DNA of 64,000 nucleotides from an uncultured Collinsella sp. (GTDB lineage Bacteria; Actinomycetota; Coriobacteriia; Coriobacteriales; Coriobacteriaceae): NCBI GenBank assembly GCA_902490565.1, contig CABUEK010000004.1, positions 18,156 to 82,155 of the forward strand, read 5' to 3'. Shown piece by piece: positions 61,478 to 64,000 of this stretch (position 1 is its first letter; each line of letters starts with the position of its first letter). The notes under the pieces were generated by a model. It saw only the letters and a program-made list of their open reading frames with translations, ran no database searches and was not told where the DNA came from. The position numbers and the translations under genes were made by a program.

Positions 61478-63661
61478 GTGAAGGATTCCGACCTCTCCAC
61501 AACGGCTGCGCGCGACGCTGCCCGCATCGTCTGGTTTAAGCGCTACCCCGCCAAGCAGACGCTCATCGCATTTTTGCTCGCGCTGTTGGCGACCACGGCG
61601 TTTTCCATCGATCCTGCCCCGGTGTCGAGCAACGCAGTCTTGGCGATTGACCCCAAAGCCTCGGGCATGCTGTACGTGTGCTACGAGGTGCTCCTCTCGT
61701 TTGCCGGCCATACCGACGCGGTCATGCTGCTTGCGCTTGCCTGCCTGCTCACCTTGCCGTTTCGCTACGTGTTCTTTGGCCGTGGCGACACCTGGCGTCC
61801 ATCGATCATTCTGCCGTCGCTGTTCTTCGCCATCTGCATGGTGTTCGGCCGCAGCTACGATCTCACCGACTCGGCCGAGATTGTCCTTGGCGACAAAGCC
61901 CGCATCATCTGCGCCTGGATTGGCGGCGCGGGCTGGATGCTCTTAGCGATCGTGGCCTTCTATTTGGCTTTTGAGTGCCTGGATTGGCTGAGCTCTCGGC
62001 GCATTCCGTTTTCCGAAGCGCACTTTGGCCGCGTATGGCGTGTGACTCACGCCGTGCTCTCGGTCCATCCCTTTGCCGGCCCCTTCCTGGTGCTTATGAT
62101 CGCCTGGGCGCCCACGCTTATCGCTTCGCTGCCCGGCCTTTTTATGGGAGATACGGGTGCGCAGATTCGCCAGTGGTTCAACTACCCCAACGGCACGAGT
62201 GACTACCTGCGTCTGCTCAATCCCAATGTGTTGCTCAACGGACATCATCCCGTGGTGCACACGGCTATCATCGGTTCGTGCGTCCAGCTGGGGCTTTCAC
62301 TGTTCAACAGCGCCAACGCAGGTCTTGCCATCTACACCTGCGCTCAGTTCGTCATTACGGCCGCCTGCATGGCCTATTCCATCTCGTCGCTGCGCAAGCT
62401 GGGCGTGAGCCTGCCGGTCCGCGGCGTGATCTTGCTGTTCTTTGTGTTTATGCCGATGTTCTCTAACTACGCGGCGTTGCTCACCAAAGACGTGCTCTTT
62501 GCCGACGCGTTCTTGGTGCTGCTGGTACAGACCGTCAAGCTCGTGGCATGTGGCTTGCCCCGTCGTGATGCCAATGTCGAGCGAACGGGCGAGAAAGCCC
62601 CCGTGCTCTTTGCGCGCCACGACTGGCTGCTGCTTGCTCTGGGCGCCATGGGCTCCACGTTTCTGCGTAACGGCGGCCTGGTGTTTCCCCTGGCGGCATG
62701 CGTAATCGCGGCGGCGCTTTGCGCATGGGACGTGCATGTGGCTCGTCGTGCAGCCAAGCAGGCTGGTGCTGCGCCTTCGGGCGCCACCCCGCGTTTCCGC
62801 TGGGTGGGAGTTCTTGCGGTGCTTGCGCTCTGCCTTGCCTCTAATATGTACTTCACCAAGGTCTTTATGCCGGCACACGACATCACGCCTGGTTCCAAGC
62901 GCGAAATCCTCTCGATTCCGTTCCAGCAGACGGCTCGTTTTGTCCAAAAGCACGACGGCCTCAACTCGGGCGTCAACCCCACGGTTAAGGAGGACGGCAC
63001 CATCGTGGAGGCTCCTTGCGACGGCTTGGTGACCGACGAAGAGCGTGCCGTGATCGACCGTGTGCTCAAGTACGAGAATCTGGGGCGCCGTTACAACCCG
63101 GATAAGTCGGACGCCGTCAAAAATTGCTTTAACGAGTACGCCTCGCAGGAGGACATCAAGGCTTATTTTGAGGTGTGGGCCCAGATGTTCAAAAAGGATC
63201 CCGAGTGCTATATCTCGGCGCTCATCAATAACTACTACGGCTACTTTTATCCGAGCGCCCGCGATGCGTGGGTCTACAGCACGGCGCGCAGTGCCGAGAT
63301 TATGGCGAAGCCCGATAACCTCAAGTACTTTGACTTCCATCCGGTCGATAGCAAGGTCGTGCGCTGGTGCGACCACCTGATCAACCTGTATCGCGTGGCA
63401 GTACAACGCATCCCGTTTATCTCGCTCACCATGAGCTCGGCCACCTATGTGTGGATCATGATCGCCGTGGTGCTCTATCTGCTACGTCGTCATTCGTGGC
63501 GCGGGCTGGCCATTTGGGTGCCGCTGCTGGGCGTGCTCGCCGTGTGCCTGATCGGTCCCTGCAATGGCTCGACCTACATGCGCTACCTGTATCCGGTCAT
63601 CGCCTGCATGCCCTTTGCCATCGGCGCCACCATCACCCGCAGCGACCTCCTCTGGTCCTAA
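61478..63661 (+). CDS. large polytopic membrane protein of unknown function (possibly glycosyltransferase-C-fold or DUF6020-like)
   Basis: More than 10 TM segments at the N- and C-termini with a soluble domain between. Family assignment is a weak recollection only. Confidence 0.5.
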   Translation: MKDSDLSTTAARDAARIVWFKRYPAKQTLIAFLLALLATTAFSIDPAPVSSNAVLAIDPKASGMLYVCYEVLLSFAGHTDAVMLLALACLLTLPFRYVFFGRGDTWRPSIILPSLFFAICMVFGRSYDLTDSAEIVLGDKARIICAWIGGAGWMLLAIVAFYLAFECLDWLSSRRIPFSEAHFGRVWRVTHAVLSVHPFAGPFLVLMIAWAPTLIASLPGLFMGDTGAQIRQWFNYPNGTSDYLRLLNPNVLLNGHHPVVHTAIIGSCVQLGLSLFNSANAGLAIYTCAQFVITAACMAYSISSLRKLGVSLPVRGVILLFFVFMPMFSNYAALLTKDVLFADAFLVLLVQTVKLVACGLPRRDANVERTGEKAPVLFARHDWLLLALGAMGSTFLRNGGLVFPLAACVIAAALCAWDVHVARRAAKQAGAAPSGATPRFRWVGVLAVLALCLASNMYFTKVFMPAHDITPGSKREILSIPFQQTARFVQKHDGLNSGVNPTVKEDGTIVEAPCDGLVTDEERAVIDRVLKYENLGRRYNPDKSDAVKNCFNEYASQEDIKAYFEVWAQMFKKDPECYISALINNYYGYFYPSARDAWVYSTARSAEIMAKPDNLKYFDFHPVDSKVVRWCDHLINLYRVAVQRIPFISLTMSSATYVWIMIAVVLYLLRRHSWRGLAIWVPLLGVLAVCLIGPCNGSTYMRYLYPVIACMPFAIGATITRSDLLWS

Positions 63662-63826
63662 TTTGGTGCATTGGGGTCAGGTTGCTTTGCACCAAAGGGT
63701 GGCATCATCACGACGCCTTCATTTTGGGGTTTATCTCGCAGGCCAGTAGGTATATCATAACGACGTTTGTTTATATTGCCCGAGCATCTGCGCTGGGCTT
63801 TAGGTCGAAACCGATAGGAGACACGT

Positions 63827-64000
63827 ATGTCCGGACACTCTAAGTGGGCCACAACCAAGCATCGTAAGGGCGCGCAGGACGCCAAGCGTTCCGCCCTCTT
63901 CTCCAAGCTGAGCCGCAACATCACCGTTGCTGCCCGTCTCGGCGGTGACCCGCTGCCCGAGAACAACGCCAGCCTCGCCGCTGCCGTTGCCAAGGCCAAG
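63827..64000 (+). CDS. yebC: YebC/PmpR family DNA-binding regulator (3' end outside window)
   Basis: [28 protein letters not shown] canonical N-terminus. AGGAG RBS. Confidence 0.85.
   Translation, partial: MSGHSKWATTKHRKGAQDAKRSALFSKLSRNITVAARLGGDPLPENNASLAAAVAKAK

Overview
High-GC (hand-sampled lines mostly above 60 percent) actinobacterial-type chromosome segment. The gene content and protein style look Coriobacteriia-like, which is an inference, not a database hit. Most of the window is housekeeping. It holds a divergent aspartate-family cluster (thrB-thrC and lysC-asd), mtnN, engB, ogt, pfkA, map, dxs, amtB-glnK, coaX, dCMP deaminase, nfu, lgt and yebC. It also holds a polar amino-acid ABC importer operon, a MacB/FtsX-type ABC exporter, an OPT transporter, an M18 aminopeptidase and a 1595-aa BcrAD/BadFG activase-dehydratase fusion behind a TetR gene. 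No rRNA, tRNA, CRISPR array, transposase or prophage genes were recognised. Accessory and unusual content: (1) a low-GC two-gene insert encoding a PARP-like (LWHGS...GFYC) DUF3990 protein plus an HTH partner; (2) a large LAQTG-anchored coiled-coil/CAP-like surface protein split by a G10 homopolymer, consistent with phase variation; (3) a low-GC island with DUF2975-HTH and a LanFEG-like ABC system; (4) a degenerate-GGDEF/REC/HD-GYP protein with an orphan Hpt; (5) decayed Abi, ClC and arylsulfotransferase fragments; (6) a 41-codon hydrophobic/basic type-I-toxin-like ORF bracketed by twin hairpins. The strongest non-coding signal is several families of long structured intergenic repeats. One composite palindrome sits after thrB, asd and pfkA, with conserved internal-loop motifs and covarying stems. 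A hairpin superfamily carries a GGGACAGG loop, and two of its copies directly flank a dehydrogenase gene. There are also two tandem hairpin arrays. All functional calls come from motif recognition by eye. No searches were run.
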